A stretch of DNA of 64,000 nt from an uncultured Collinsella sp. (GTDB taxonomy: Bacteria > Actinomycetota > Coriobacteriia > Coriobacteriales > Coriobacteriaceae). The notes below the pieces were generated by a model. That model did no database searches. It was not told the origin of the DNA and saw only the letters and a list, made by a program, of their open reading frames with translations. Location: contig CAUHJB010000004.1 in assembly GCA_959606495.1 (NCBI GenBank), positions 12,813 through 76,812 on the forward strand, given 5' to 3'. Positions 1 through 8,290 of the stretch are shown here, piece after piece; the stretch's first letter is position 1; every line of letters begins with the position of its first letter. A program made the position numbers and the translations under genes.

Positions 1-25
1 TCGCTGCCTGACTTCACTCGAACAG

Positions 26-1075
26 GTGCGCGACATTCCGCGCATCATTCTCTTGGTGGTCTGTCCGGTTTCTGCCACACCCGACGTATCCCATCGCGTG
101 CACGAAATCGTTAATGCGCATCCCACACTTAAGGTCACCGTCGTTACTAATACTCAGGCTTCGCGTGTTGCCGACCGCGTGGCACAGATTGCGCCCAAAG
201 GCTCGGGCGAGTGCGTGAGCCTGCGCGGCTACGGCGCCATCCGCAACATGGGTCTTGCCTGCGCGGCGGTGCTGGGGCACGACGCGGTTGTGTTTTTGGA
301 TGACGACGAGACCGTCATCGATGCCGACTTTATGAAGCGTGCGACCTATGCGCTGGGCCAGCAGACGCGTCAGGGCCTGCCGATTTTAGTCAAGAGCGGA
401 TACTTTTACGATCGCGACGGGTCGCCGCTGGCTCCCACGGACAAAGTGGGCATTTGCCATCGCTGGTGGACCAAGCGTATCGAGTTCAATCGCTGGATGA
501 AAAAGGCGCTCTCGGGCACCCGCATCTCGCGCTCCAATTACGTATGCGGCGGCCTGATGGCCCTGCACGCCCGCGCCTTTACGCGTGTGGCCTTCGACCC
601 GTTTATCACCCGCGGCGAGGATCTGGACTACCTGTTTAACATGCGCATGTTCGGCTATGACGTGTGGTTCGATAACGAGTGGGCCGTGCGCCACCTGCCG
701 CCCGAGTCCGAGAAGCGCTCGCCGCGCTTTATGCAGGACGTGTACCGTTGGTACTACGAGCGGGCCAAGCTGACGTTCGCTGCGCACCAAAAGGAGCTCA
801 TTCCGGTTACGGCCGCATCGCTCATGCCCTATCCGGGTCCGTGGATCTCGCGCGAGCTCGACGACCGCGTGCGCAAGACCGCCATGGTTCGCAGCATGTT
901 TACCCGCGAGCACGAGGGGTATCTGCGCATCTGGCGTCATGGTATTGACGAGGCCAAGACCTATGCCCGCCAAAACGCCGCAAGCTACCTGCGTTTTCAG
1001 AGTTTCTGGCCCAAGATCATGGACGAACTTTGGCGCGACGCACAACTGATTAGCATCCTGGAGGGGGCTGAATGA
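26..1075 (+). CDS. Glycosyltransferase family 2-like protein (5' end may lie beyond the window edge)
   Basis: 349-aa ORF with a GT-A-like N-terminal strand (RIILLVVCPVS) and acidic motif VVFLDDDETVID. The frame stays open back to nt 2. The stop overlaps the next start (ATGA at 1072). Confidence 0.6.
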   Translation: MRDIPRIILLVVCPVSATPDVSHRVHEIVNAHPTLKVTVVTNTQASRVADRVAQIAPKGSGECVSLRGYGAIRNMGLACAAVLGHDAVVFLDDDETVIDADFMKRATYALGQQTRQGLPILVKSGYFYDRDGSPLAPTDKVGICHRWWTKRIEFNRWMKKALSGTRISRSNYVCGGLMALHARAFTRVAFDPFITRGEDLDYLFNMRMFGYDVWFDNEWAVRHLPPESEKRSPRFMQDVYRWYYERAKLTFAAHQKELIPVTAASLMPYPGPWISRELDDRVRKTAMVRSMFTREHEGYLRIWRHGIDEAKTYARQNAASYLRFQSFWPKIMDELWRDAQLISILEGAE

Positions 1076-2415
1076 TCGACCGCCGCGTCCAGCGCGATAA
1101 TTCAATTTCAATCTTTCGCATCATCGCCGTTGTCTGCGCCGTTTGCGTGTTGGCGTACTTTATCTTTGCCCTGGCGACTGGCATTGAGCCGATTGCTACG
1201 GTGATTGCCTGCGCGCTGCTGTGCATCTTCCTGTGCATCTTTATCTTTTTGACGCTCAATCCCGATTCGGTACGCTCCCAGTACACCGAGGAGACGCTCT
1301 CGGTTGCTTCGGCCATGCTCGAGGACATTAAGGGCGGTCTGACGCAGGAATCGGCGCTTTTGGTGTGCCGGCGTATCCTGCCCGAGACACGTGCCATGAC
1401 CGTTGCCATCACCGATGAGGGCAACGTGCTGGCCTGCGCGGGCGAGTTCGAGGAAAAGCTGCTGCCCGATTCGCCCATCCACACGCTTGCCACGCGCTAC
1501 GTCATTGAGCACGGCATCGTGCAGTCGTTCAACCGCGTGGTGGACGTGGTGGGTTCGGACGGTTCGCACAACCATGTTCCCGCCGGTATCATCGCGCCCA
1601 TCAAGGTGGGCGATCGCACCGTCGGCACGCTCAAGTTCTACTACAAGACCCCGCGCGCCGTAGACCGTACCCAGTACGCGCTTGCCTCGGGCTTTGCCGA
1701 GATCTTGTCCACGCAGCTCGCCATCCACGAGCTCGAGGTGCAAAAGGAACTCACGGCGCGCGCTGAGGTGCGTGCGCTGCAGGCGCAGATTAACCCGCAC
1801 TTCCTGTTCAACACGCTGAACACCATTGCATCGTTTACGCGCACCGACCCGTTGCGGGCCCGCGAACTGCTTCGTGAGTTCTCATCGTTCTATCGTGCCA
1901 CGCTCGACAACTCGGGATCGCTTATTCCGGTCTCGCGCGAGGTCGCACAGACCAAGCGCTACCTTACCTTTGAGAAGGCCCGCTTTGGCGAGGACCGCGT
2001 GCTTGCGACGTTCGATGTGTCCGAGGACGTGGAAGATACGCTGGTGCCGGCGTTCGTGATCCAGCCGATTGTCGAGAACGCCGTACGTCATGGTATGGGC
2101 GATGACGACGCCCTGAGGATCGACGTGACCGTTCACCAAGACGGCGAGGATGCAATCTTGATTGCCGTGGCCGATAATGGCGTGGGCATGGATGAGGGTA
2201 CCGCCGCCAGACTGTTTGACGAGCGCTCTGCCCGTCCCGACGCCAGCTCTCCCCAGGGTGGCGGCGCCGGTGTGGCCATGCACAATATTTCGGAGCGCAT
2301 CCATCGCTTTTATGGGCCGCACTCCTATACGCGTGTCGAATCGGCGCCGGGCAAGGGCACCAAAGTGCTCCTTCATCTTGATTTGTCAGAGAGCATCTTT
2401 GACATTCAAGAGTAA
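1072..2415 (+). CDS. LytS/YehU-type sensor histidine kinase (TM + GAF-like + His_kinase + HATPase)
   Basis: Hydrophobic N-terminus; LQAQINPHFLFNTLNTI phospho-acceptor box; VENAVRHG and DNGVGM ATPase boxes. Confidence 0.85.
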   Translation: MIDRRVQRDNSISIFRIIAVVCAVCVLAYFIFALATGIEPIATVIACALLCIFLCIFIFLTLNPDSVRSQYTEETLSVASAMLEDIKGGLTQESALLVCRRILPETRAMTVAITDEGNVLACAGEFEEKLLPDSPIHTLATRYVIEHGIVQSFNRVVDVVGSDGSHNHVPAGIIAPIKVGDRTVGTLKFYYKTPRAVDRTQYALASGFAEILSTQLAIHELEVQKELTARAEVRALQAQINPHFLFNTLNTIASFTRTDPLRARELLREFSSFYRATLDNSGSLIPVSREVAQTKRYLTFEKARFGEDRVLATFDVSEDVEDTLVPAFVIQPIVENAVRHGMGDDDALRIDVTVHQDGEDAILIAVADNGVGMDEGTAARLFDERSARPDASSPQGGGAGVAMHNISERIHRFYGPHSYTRVESAPGKGTKVLLHLDLSESIFDIQE

Positions 2416-2487
2416 AATAAAAGGCTACGGGCTCAACGTCATGCGACGGATGCCCGGCGTAGTTAGTTGACGAAAGGTTTTATCCCT

Positions 2488-3204
2488 ATGCTGCGTGCGA
2501 TGATTGTGGATGATGAGGCGCCGGCTCGCTCGGAGCTTCGCTTCCTGCTCGAGCAAACGGGCAAGATCGGCACGATCACGGAGGCGTCGAGCGTCCGCTC
2601 CGCCATCGAGATGCTTATGGAAAGTCGCGTGGATGTCGTGTTTCTCGATATCTCGATGCCCTGTGCCTCGGGCCTGCAACTTGCCGAGGCGCTGCATAAG
2701 CTCAAAAATCCGCCGGCGATCGTGTTTGTGACTGCGTATAGCGACCATGCGGTCGAGGCATTCGACGTGGATGCCGTCGATTATCTGATGAAGCCGGTCG
2801 AGGAAGCTCGCTTGGATCGCGCGATCGAGAAGGTCATGCAACGCGCCAAGCCGGTTACGGACAGCAAAGTGACCATCGAGCGTATCCCGGTGGAAAAGGG
2901 CGGCCGCAAGGTGCTCATTCCCGTGGATGACATCCGCTTTATCATGGCAAAGGACGATTACTCCTGCATCTATACCGTCGATGATCGCTTTTTGTCGACG
3001 ACCTCGCTGGCGCAGTTTGAGGCCAAGCTCTGCGACTTTGGCTTCTTCCGTGTTCACCGCCGCTATATCGTCAACCTAGCGTGCGTCACGGACGTTGAGA
3101 CGGTGCCCTCGGGCGCCATCCAGCTGGGCATTACGGGCGTCGACGAACGCGTGCCGGTTTCTCGCCGCCGCGTCGTGCCGCTCAAGAAGGCTCTGAGTCT
3201 CTAG
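2488..3204 (+). CDS. LytR/AlgR (LytTR) family response regulator
   Basis: Receiver motifs MIVDDE and DVVFLDISMP; C-terminal LytTR motif FFRVHRRYIVNL. ATG at 2488 chosen over the TTG at 2467. Confidence 0.85.
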   Translation: MLRAMIVDDEAPARSELRFLLEQTGKIGTITEASSVRSAIEMLMESRVDVVFLDISMPCASGLQLAEALHKLKNPPAIVFVTAYSDHAVEAFDVDAVDYLMKPVEEARLDRAIEKVMQRAKPVTDSKVTIERIPVEKGGRKVLIPVDDIRFIMAKDDYSCIYTVDDRFLSTTSLAQFEAKLCDFGFFRVHRRYIVNLACVTDVETVPSGAIQLGITGVDERVPVSRRRVVPLKKALSL

Positions 3205-3300
3205 CACACTGGCCCCGCAGCCCTGTAGACCCATCGTCTGCGGGGCCGTGGGGCCTTTTTTGTATGTATCTGCCGAATCGTTTTTTGCGGAAGGGATCCC

Positions 3301-3768
3301 ATGAACAGCGCAAGCGCCAAGCGCATCGACATCATCTCGGACACCCACGGCTATTTATCGCCTGCGCTCTTGGATGAGCTTGAGGGCGCAGACCTGATCA
3401 TCCACGCCGGCGACCTTACGTCAGAGATGGACTACGAGCACCTATGCACCATCGCCCCCGTGCGGGCCGTATTGGGCAACAACGATTACTACCGCGACTA
3501 CGGCCCCGATGTAGACCGTCTTGCGCTCTTTACCTACGAAGGCCTCAAATTCGCCGTAGCCCACTACCGCGAAGACCTTCCGGTGGGATCCGTAGACGTA
3601 GCCATCAACGGCCACACCCACGTAACCAAAGAAGCCCAAGTGGGCCGCTGCCTAGTCCTCAACCCGGGCAGCGCCAGCTATCCCAGAGGCACCCGAGGCC
3701 CCACCATGGCCAGAATGCTAGTAAAAGACGGCAAGATCCTAAGCACCAAGTTTATTGACCTAGACTAA
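3301..3768 (+). CDS. YfcE/MJ0936-family metallophosphoesterase
   Basis: Motifs ISDTHG, HAGDL, GNNDYY, NGHTH in a 155-aa ORF. Confidence 0.85.
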   Translation: MNSASAKRIDIISDTHGYLSPALLDELEGADLIIHAGDLTSEMDYEHLCTIAPVRAVLGNNDYYRDYGPDVDRLALFTYEGLKFAVAHYREDLPVGSVDVAINGHTHVTKEAQVGRCLVLNPGSASYPRGTRGPTMARMLVKDGKILSTKFIDLD

Positions 3769-3776
3769 CCGCAACA

Positions 3777-3813
3777 AAAACGGGGGATGCACAAGGCATC
3801 TCCCGTTTTTCTT
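3777..3813 (+). terminator. Rho-independent terminator after the phosphoesterase gene
   Basis: AAAACGGGGGATGC-ACAA-GGCATCTCCCGTTTTT hairpin plus T-run. Confidence 0.7.
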
Positions 3814-3927
3814 TGAGCCAAAGTAAGAAGTCCAACCAGAACAATCAGACCAACCCCGCCGAGGAGCACGCGGGCTAGCCGCGCAGCGGCGCACGCCCGC
3901 AAAACTGGTTGAATAATGTGACGGCAG

Positions 3928-4068
3928 GGAGGGTCTCCGGGGCTGGGGGCGGGGGTTAAGTTTGTCGCGAGTTCCGCACGCAAAGGAAAGCACTTAATGT
4001 GCTTTCCGTCTTGCGCAGGACTGTAGAGCAGCAAACTTAACCCCCGCCCCAGCCCCGGAGACCCTCCC
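3928..4068. repeat. Near-perfect ~36-bp inverted repeat with a nested inner hairpin
   Basis: GGGAGGGTCTCCGGGGCTGGGGGCGGGGGTTAAGTTT (3928-3963) against AAACTTAACCCCCGCCCCAGCCCCGGAGACCCTCCC (4033-4068), one indel. Inner hairpin GGAAAGCAC-TTAA-TGTGCTTTCC. Confidence 0.8.
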
Positions 4069-4097
4069 GGATGGCCCCAAAAATTTTTTCAAAAAAG

Positions 4098-4130
4098 TTG
4101 TTGCGCGCCGGACAGACTTCTGTGTATACT
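4098..4130 (+). promoter_or_regulatory. Candidate promoter for tRNA-Asp
   Basis: TTGCGC (4101-4106), 18 nt, then TATACT (4125-4130), about 45 nt upstream of the tRNA. By eye only. Confidence 0.3.
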
Positions 4131-4176
4131 AATCCCCGCAGCGCACGCGAGCGGAAACAAACGCGAACGTCTGCCT

Positions 4177-4254
<78 letters not shown>

Positions 4255-4262
4255 ACGCAATT

Positions 4263-4290
4263 AAAGCCACGTCTTCGGACGTGGCTTTTT
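4263..4290 (+). terminator. Rho-independent terminator after tRNA-Asp
   Basis: AAAGCCACGTC-TTCG-GACGTGGCTTTTT. Confidence 0.8.
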
Positions 4291-4424
4291 GCGTTTGATG
4301 CACTTTGTTTCGATAGAACGATCGCCCTGGCGCATCTTCGCCCAGAATCCCCGCCCCTTCGGGAACGCAAGTAAAATCTAATAAGCATATCTGTCTAAAC
4401 AACAGCTTTGTTGCGCAACACCTG

Positions 4425-4453
4425 TTCAACGAAGCAGGGGGTTAGGTTATACT
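4425..4453 (+). promoter_or_regulatory. Candidate promoter for the Rrf2/glycosylase genes
   Basis: TTCAAC, 17 nt, then TATACT (4448-4453). The same TATACTAA -10 recurs at 4125 and 22152. This would leave a ~150-nt leader. Confidence 0.3.
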
Positions 4454-4612
4454 AAATTGCACTGTGGGCCGCATCTGATGCATTTCGCTCCAAGCGCGGC
4501 ATTCAGTGGATATCCGATTTACCATTTGGATGTCCTGCGGTCATTTAGCGTCTCGACACAAGCTCGGCCCCGGAGCTCGTTCGAGCTGTTCGTATTCCTT
4601 GAAAGGGGAAAA

Positions 4613-5098
4613 ATGGACATATCGAGGAAGACTGATTACGCCCTTCGTATGTTGGCGATGCTTGCCGAGGATCCGGAGCGTTTGCTTTCTGTTCGCACCG
4701 CTGCCGAAGAGGTCAATGTCCCGTATTCGTTCGCCCGCTCGATTCAGCACGGTTTGGTCCAGGCCGGTATTGTGGAGAGCCTGCGTGGCGTCCACGGTGG
4801 CATGCGTCTCAAGGTCAGTCCGGACGACGTTACCATTCGTCAGGTCGTCGAGGCCGTTCAGGGCCCTATGGTTATGAATGATTGCACCGCACCCGATGGC
4901 GACTGTGCGCGCATGGGCACGTGCTGCTATCATCCCCTGTGGGCCGGAGCTCAAGCATTGATGCGCGACTACCTCGATTCCGTTTCGCTCGGCGACATCG
5001 TCGCTCACCGCCAGTTCCCGGCCGTCGATCCCAAGTTCGCCGACCGCGAAGCGTTTCCCGAGTACGCCACCTGTGCGTATACATGCCGGGAGGAATAG
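4613..5098 (+). CDS. Rrf2 family transcriptional regulator (Cys-rich, probable Fe-S)
   Basis: MDISRKTDYALRMLAMLA wHTH N-terminus; C-terminal cysteines CTAPDGDCARMGTCCYH; AAGGGGA SD before the ATG at 4613. Confidence 0.85.
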   Translation: MDISRKTDYALRMLAMLAEDPERLLSVRTAAEEVNVPYSFARSIQHGLVQAGIVESLRGVHGGMRLKVSPDDVTIRQVVEAVQGPMVMNDCTAPDGDCARMGTCCYHPLWAGAQALMRDYLDSVSLGDIVAHRQFPAVDPKFADREAFPEYATCAYTCREE

Positions 5099-5119
5099 CG
5101 CCGCATAAGGAGCATAGAT

Positions 5120-6025
5120 ATGATTCAGGACCCCTTTCGTTCGATGATTCGTTCGGAAGGGGTCCTGCGTTATCGCGACCTTCCGTGGCGCCGCACACGC
5201 GATCCGTACATCATTTGGCTTTCTGAGGTCATGCTGCAGCAAACGCAGGTGCCGCGCGTGGAGGCGCGCATGCCGGTGTGGCTCGATCGTTTTCCGACTG
5301 TGCAGGCGCTTGCCCAGGCCGCGCCTTCCGATGTTTTGGACGCTTGGCAGGGGATGGGCTACAACCGACGCGCTCTGGCGCTCCACAAGGCCGCCCAGCG
5401 CGTTATAGAGGACTGGGACGGGGAGTTTCCGCACGAGACACGTGACTTGGTCGCTCTTCCTGGTATTGGCCCGGCAACGGCGCAGGGTATCCGGTCGTTT
5501 GCATTTGATCTTCCGGGCGTGTATCTGGAGACCAACGTGCGCACGGTCTTTCTGCATCACTTCTTTCCCGATGTGCCGGCTGTTTCCGATCGCGAACTGG
5601 TGCCGCTGATTCAGGCGGCCTGTCCGGCGGCCCCCGGTGCGGCGCCCGACGAGATCGCTCCCTTCGCCGTGCCTCAAGACGATGCCGACACGCCGCGCGC
5701 GTGGTATTACGCGTTGCTGGATTACGGCGCGTATCTTAAAAAGATGCTGCCCAACCCGTCCAGGCGCTCGGCGGGCTATAGCCGTCAATCAAAGTTTGAG
5801 GGCTCGCGTCGCCAAAAGCGCGCGCATATCGTGCGAATGTTGCTGGCAGCGCGCGATGGCCAGCCGGCGGGGATTACGCTTGCTGACGCCGTGGGGGGCG
5901 TTAACGAGATGGAGACGGCGGCCGGTCGCGGGCCGGTCGAGTGCGAGCTTGTCGCGGGCATTCTAGCCGATCTGGAGCGTGAGGGCTTTTGCCGCTCCGA
6001 GGACGATCGTTGGCTGAGTGTGTAG
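5120..6025 (+). CDS. MutY-family HhH-GPD DNA glycosylase, divergent (no Fe-S cysteine motif)
   Basis: LSEVMLQQTQV and HhH LPGIGPATAQ motifs, AAGGAG SD. No CX6CX2CX5C motif, and ETNV where canonical MutY has DGNV. Confidence 0.7.
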   Translation: MIQDPFRSMIRSEGVLRYRDLPWRRTRDPYIIWLSEVMLQQTQVPRVEARMPVWLDRFPTVQALAQAAPSDVLDAWQGMGYNRRALALHKAAQRVIEDWDGEFPHETRDLVALPGIGPATAQGIRSFAFDLPGVYLETNVRTVFLHHFFPDVPAVSDRELVPLIQAACPAAPGAAPDEIAPFAVPQDDADTPRAWYYALLDYGAYLKKMLPNPSRRSAGYSRQSKFEGSRRQKRAHIVRMLLAARDGQPAGITLADAVGGVNEMETAAGRGPVECELVAGILADLEREGFCRSEDDRWLSV

Positions 6026-6123
6026 CCCGCTCGAATTTTAAGGTTTAGATTTTCGGCAGGGGGTACCATAAAATAAGGCCGCTCAAAGCCTATGGGCGGC
6101 ATGTATTGAAGGGAAGTACACCT

Positions 6124-6663
6124 ATGGATTTTGAGAGCTCCCAAACCAAGAAGAACCTTGAGACCGCTTTTGCCGGTGAGTCCCAGGCGCACACCAAGTA
6201 TCGCTACTATGCATCTAAGGCCAAAAAGGACGGCTACGTTCAGATCTCGAATATCTTTGCCGAGACGGCGGGTAACGAGTCCGAGCACGCCAAGCTGTGG
6301 TTTAAGTATCTGCACGATGGCGCCGTTCCCGGCACTCTGGATAACCTGCGCGATGCCGCCGCGGGCGAGAACTACGAGTGGACCGAGATGTACGACGAGT
6401 TTGCCAAGACCGCCGATGAGGAGGGCTTTGCCGAGATCGCCGCGAAGTTCCGCGGCGTCGCTGCTGTCGAGAAGGCTCACGAGGAGCGCTACAACAAGCT
6501 CGTCGAGCGCATTGAGTCGGGCGAGGTGTTTGAGCGCGAGGGCGTAAAGGTGTGGAAGTGCCTGAACTGCGGACATCTGCACGTTGGTGCCGAGGCACCT
6601 GAGGTGTGCCCGGTGTGTAACCACCCCAAGGCGTACTTTGAGGAGCAGGTGGTGAACTACTAG
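6124..6663 (+). CDS. rbr: Rubrerythrin
   Basis: Ferritin-like ExxH pairs ([23 protein letters not shown]) plus a C-terminal rubredoxin-type CLNCGH...CPVCNHP. Confidence 0.9.
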   Translation: MDFESSQTKKNLETAFAGESQAHTKYRYYASKAKKDGYVQISNIFAETAGNESEHAKLWFKYLHDGAVPGTLDNLRDAAAGENYEWTEMYDEFAKTADEEGFAEIAAKFRGVAAVEKAHEERYNKLVERIESGEVFEREGVKVWKCLNCGHLHVGAEAPEVCPVCNHPKAYFEEQVVNY

Positions 6664-6683
6664 CGCTTGGCGCTGGCTGCTGC

Positions 6684-6771
6684 GGAGCGCAGGGCGGGGA
6701 AATACCTTTCCCTCTCGCTCACGGCTTCGCAGAGTCGCGCGAGGCAAAGGTATTTCCCCGCCTTGCGCTCC
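6684..6771. repeat. 26-bp-stem long hairpin downstream of rbr
   Basis: GGAGCGCAGGGCGGGGAAATACCTTT (6684-6709) pairs with AAAGGTATTTCCCCGCCTTGCGCTCC (6746-6771), one G-T. Confidence 0.8.
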
Positions 6772-6822
6772 GGCGTTGGGTCGTCGCGTGCTCGATACAG
6801 AAAAGCTGATAAAAAAGGTTGT

Positions 6823-6853
6823 GTGCCGCCCCTTTTTGGGGCGGCACGTTTTT
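6823..6853 (+). terminator. Rho-independent terminator
   Basis: GTGCCGCCCC-TTTTT-GGGGCGGCAC followed by GTTTTT. Confidence 0.75.
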
Positions 6854-7104
6854 GTGGGGTCCCGGTCTCCACAATTTTCGTCAAGCTATTGGTTAGATTT
6901 TGGTCAGTTGGCGTAAGGGTGGAAGGCCAAAAGATTGCTGGCGAAAAAAGCTCAGAGAAAGTGCTGGTAGGGGAGTTGTTGAGCTTTTTGACGGCTTTTG
7001 AGCAAAAGAAACTTTGTGGCTATTGCCGGCGATTGCGTTGTCGCGGTCATGGCGGTGCGGGATGCTGGTCGTAAGCGTCGAATGCTCCGATTTTGGAGGC
7101 CAGC

Positions 7105-7539
7105 ATGGATCTGTTTCTTGAGACTCCGCAGCAACAAGCTGAGCGCATGCTGCGTCAGCAGCAACGACTCATGGAGATGCAAATGCAAGGGGCGGCAGCC
7201 CAGCCCTTTGCGCAAAATGTCGTGCCCGCTGCTGTACCTGCGGCTGTGCCCGGGTGTGAATCGGCGCCAGAGGCCTATTCCGTACAGCAAGATTCATATG
7301 CGCAGGAGCTCGCGTTCGACAAACGCCGCGCGCGCCGCCGCCGTTTGGGCCAGCGCCTGCGCACATTGGCGATGATCGTGCTCATCCCGTTGGGGCTTGC
7401 GGCCATCTTTCTGGCGTCGTATGCCCTCACGTGCATCCTCAACGGCGCATCGCCCAACGAGGTGCTCCAACATCTGTCAGCCCTCGGCCAGCGCCTGGGT
7501 GACGTCATAACAACCATCCAGGTCGGTTGGGAAGACTGA
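7105..7539 (+). CDS. Hypothetical single-pass membrane protein
   Basis: GGAGG SD before the ATG at 7105. Gln/Ala-rich N-terminus, RRARRRR anchor, then TM segment MIVLIPLGLAAIFLASYAL. Confidence 0.5.
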   Translation: MDLFLETPQQQAERMLRQQQRLMEMQMQGAAAQPFAQNVVPAAVPAAVPGCESAPEAYSVQQDSYAQELAFDKRRARRRRLGQRLRTLAMIVLIPLGLAAIFLASYALTCILNGASPNEVLQHLSALGQRLGDVITTIQVGWED

Positions 7540-7657
7540 CGTTCGCCACCATTGGTCTTCTTGGATGCAAGGATTATCGCCACGAGTGGAATCCTTGCAT
7601 CTTGCGGGTCATGTCGTGCGACTAAATAGTATTATTGAAGATAAATAATAATAGCAA

Positions 7658-8239
7658 ATGAACGGAGGTGCTCGGTTGAATCTGACCTTTGAGGGATTCT
7701 TAAAAGGCTATTGCCGAGAGCTATCCGGACAGCAGTCACTGAGTTTTAGAAAGCTGGTTGAGCAGGCGACGACGGTTGCGCCGCGCGTGGCGGAGCCTCT
7801 GTTTTTGCTTGCTTTGGCGCAAGGAAAAGCCGAATACGTTCTGGGTTTATCCGAGGGCTCGTGGATGGAAGAGGATTACCGAGACGTTTTGTCCTTGTAC
7901 GGTCAAGCGGGTAACATAATATCTTTATGCGCCAAAAGTGAGCTTCCTAATCGTTATGCCAACGTTTGGCGTGCGTATAGAGCGGTGAAGGAAAAGCCGG
8001 TGGCGAACAGAAGGATCAACGCCCTGATGCGAAAAAGAATACTGGAAGCATTGGAGGAATCGGGCGTAACGCGCTATGGCCTCTGCCGTGCTCTGCACCT
8101 GAATAAAGGAAACGTATACGCATACTTGGCCGGCGATGACTCAAAGGTGAGCAGGGAGACGGCGCGTCGCATTATGGAATATGCGGAGGAGAGGGGCACC
8201 CAAGAAGGGGCCGGCCGCCCGGTGCGTGTGGCGGGGTAA
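7658..8239 (+). CDS. Hypothetical protein with a C-terminal XRE-like HTH
   Basis: Lower-GC ORF. HTH-like segment GVTRYGLCRALHLNKGNVYAYLAGD..VSRETARRI. Alternative TTG start at 7676 after GGAGGT. Confidence 0.5.
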   Translation: MNGGARLNLTFEGFLKGYCRELSGQQSLSFRKLVEQATTVAPRVAEPLFLLALAQGKAEYVLGLSEGSWMEEDYRDVLSLYGQAGNIISLCAKSELPNRYANVWRAYRAVKEKPVANRRINALMRKRILEALEESGVTRYGLCRALHLNKGNVYAYLAGDDSKVSRETARRIMEYAEERGTQEGAGRPVRVAG

Positions 8240-8290
8240 GATTAATCGCGGTTTTGATTGGTGCTCGTTTGGGTTTGTTGGGCGGAGTTT

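Noticed and set aside
4457-4612. Extended 52-codon N-terminus of the Rrf2 ORF. Similar upstream extensions: 18089, 23871, 24973, 26033, 37810, 53726, 59629, 62715.
   Set aside because: Internal ATGs with good SD motifs give N-termini matching the conserved family starts. The extensions cross intergenic repeats, terminators, or the T-box leader.
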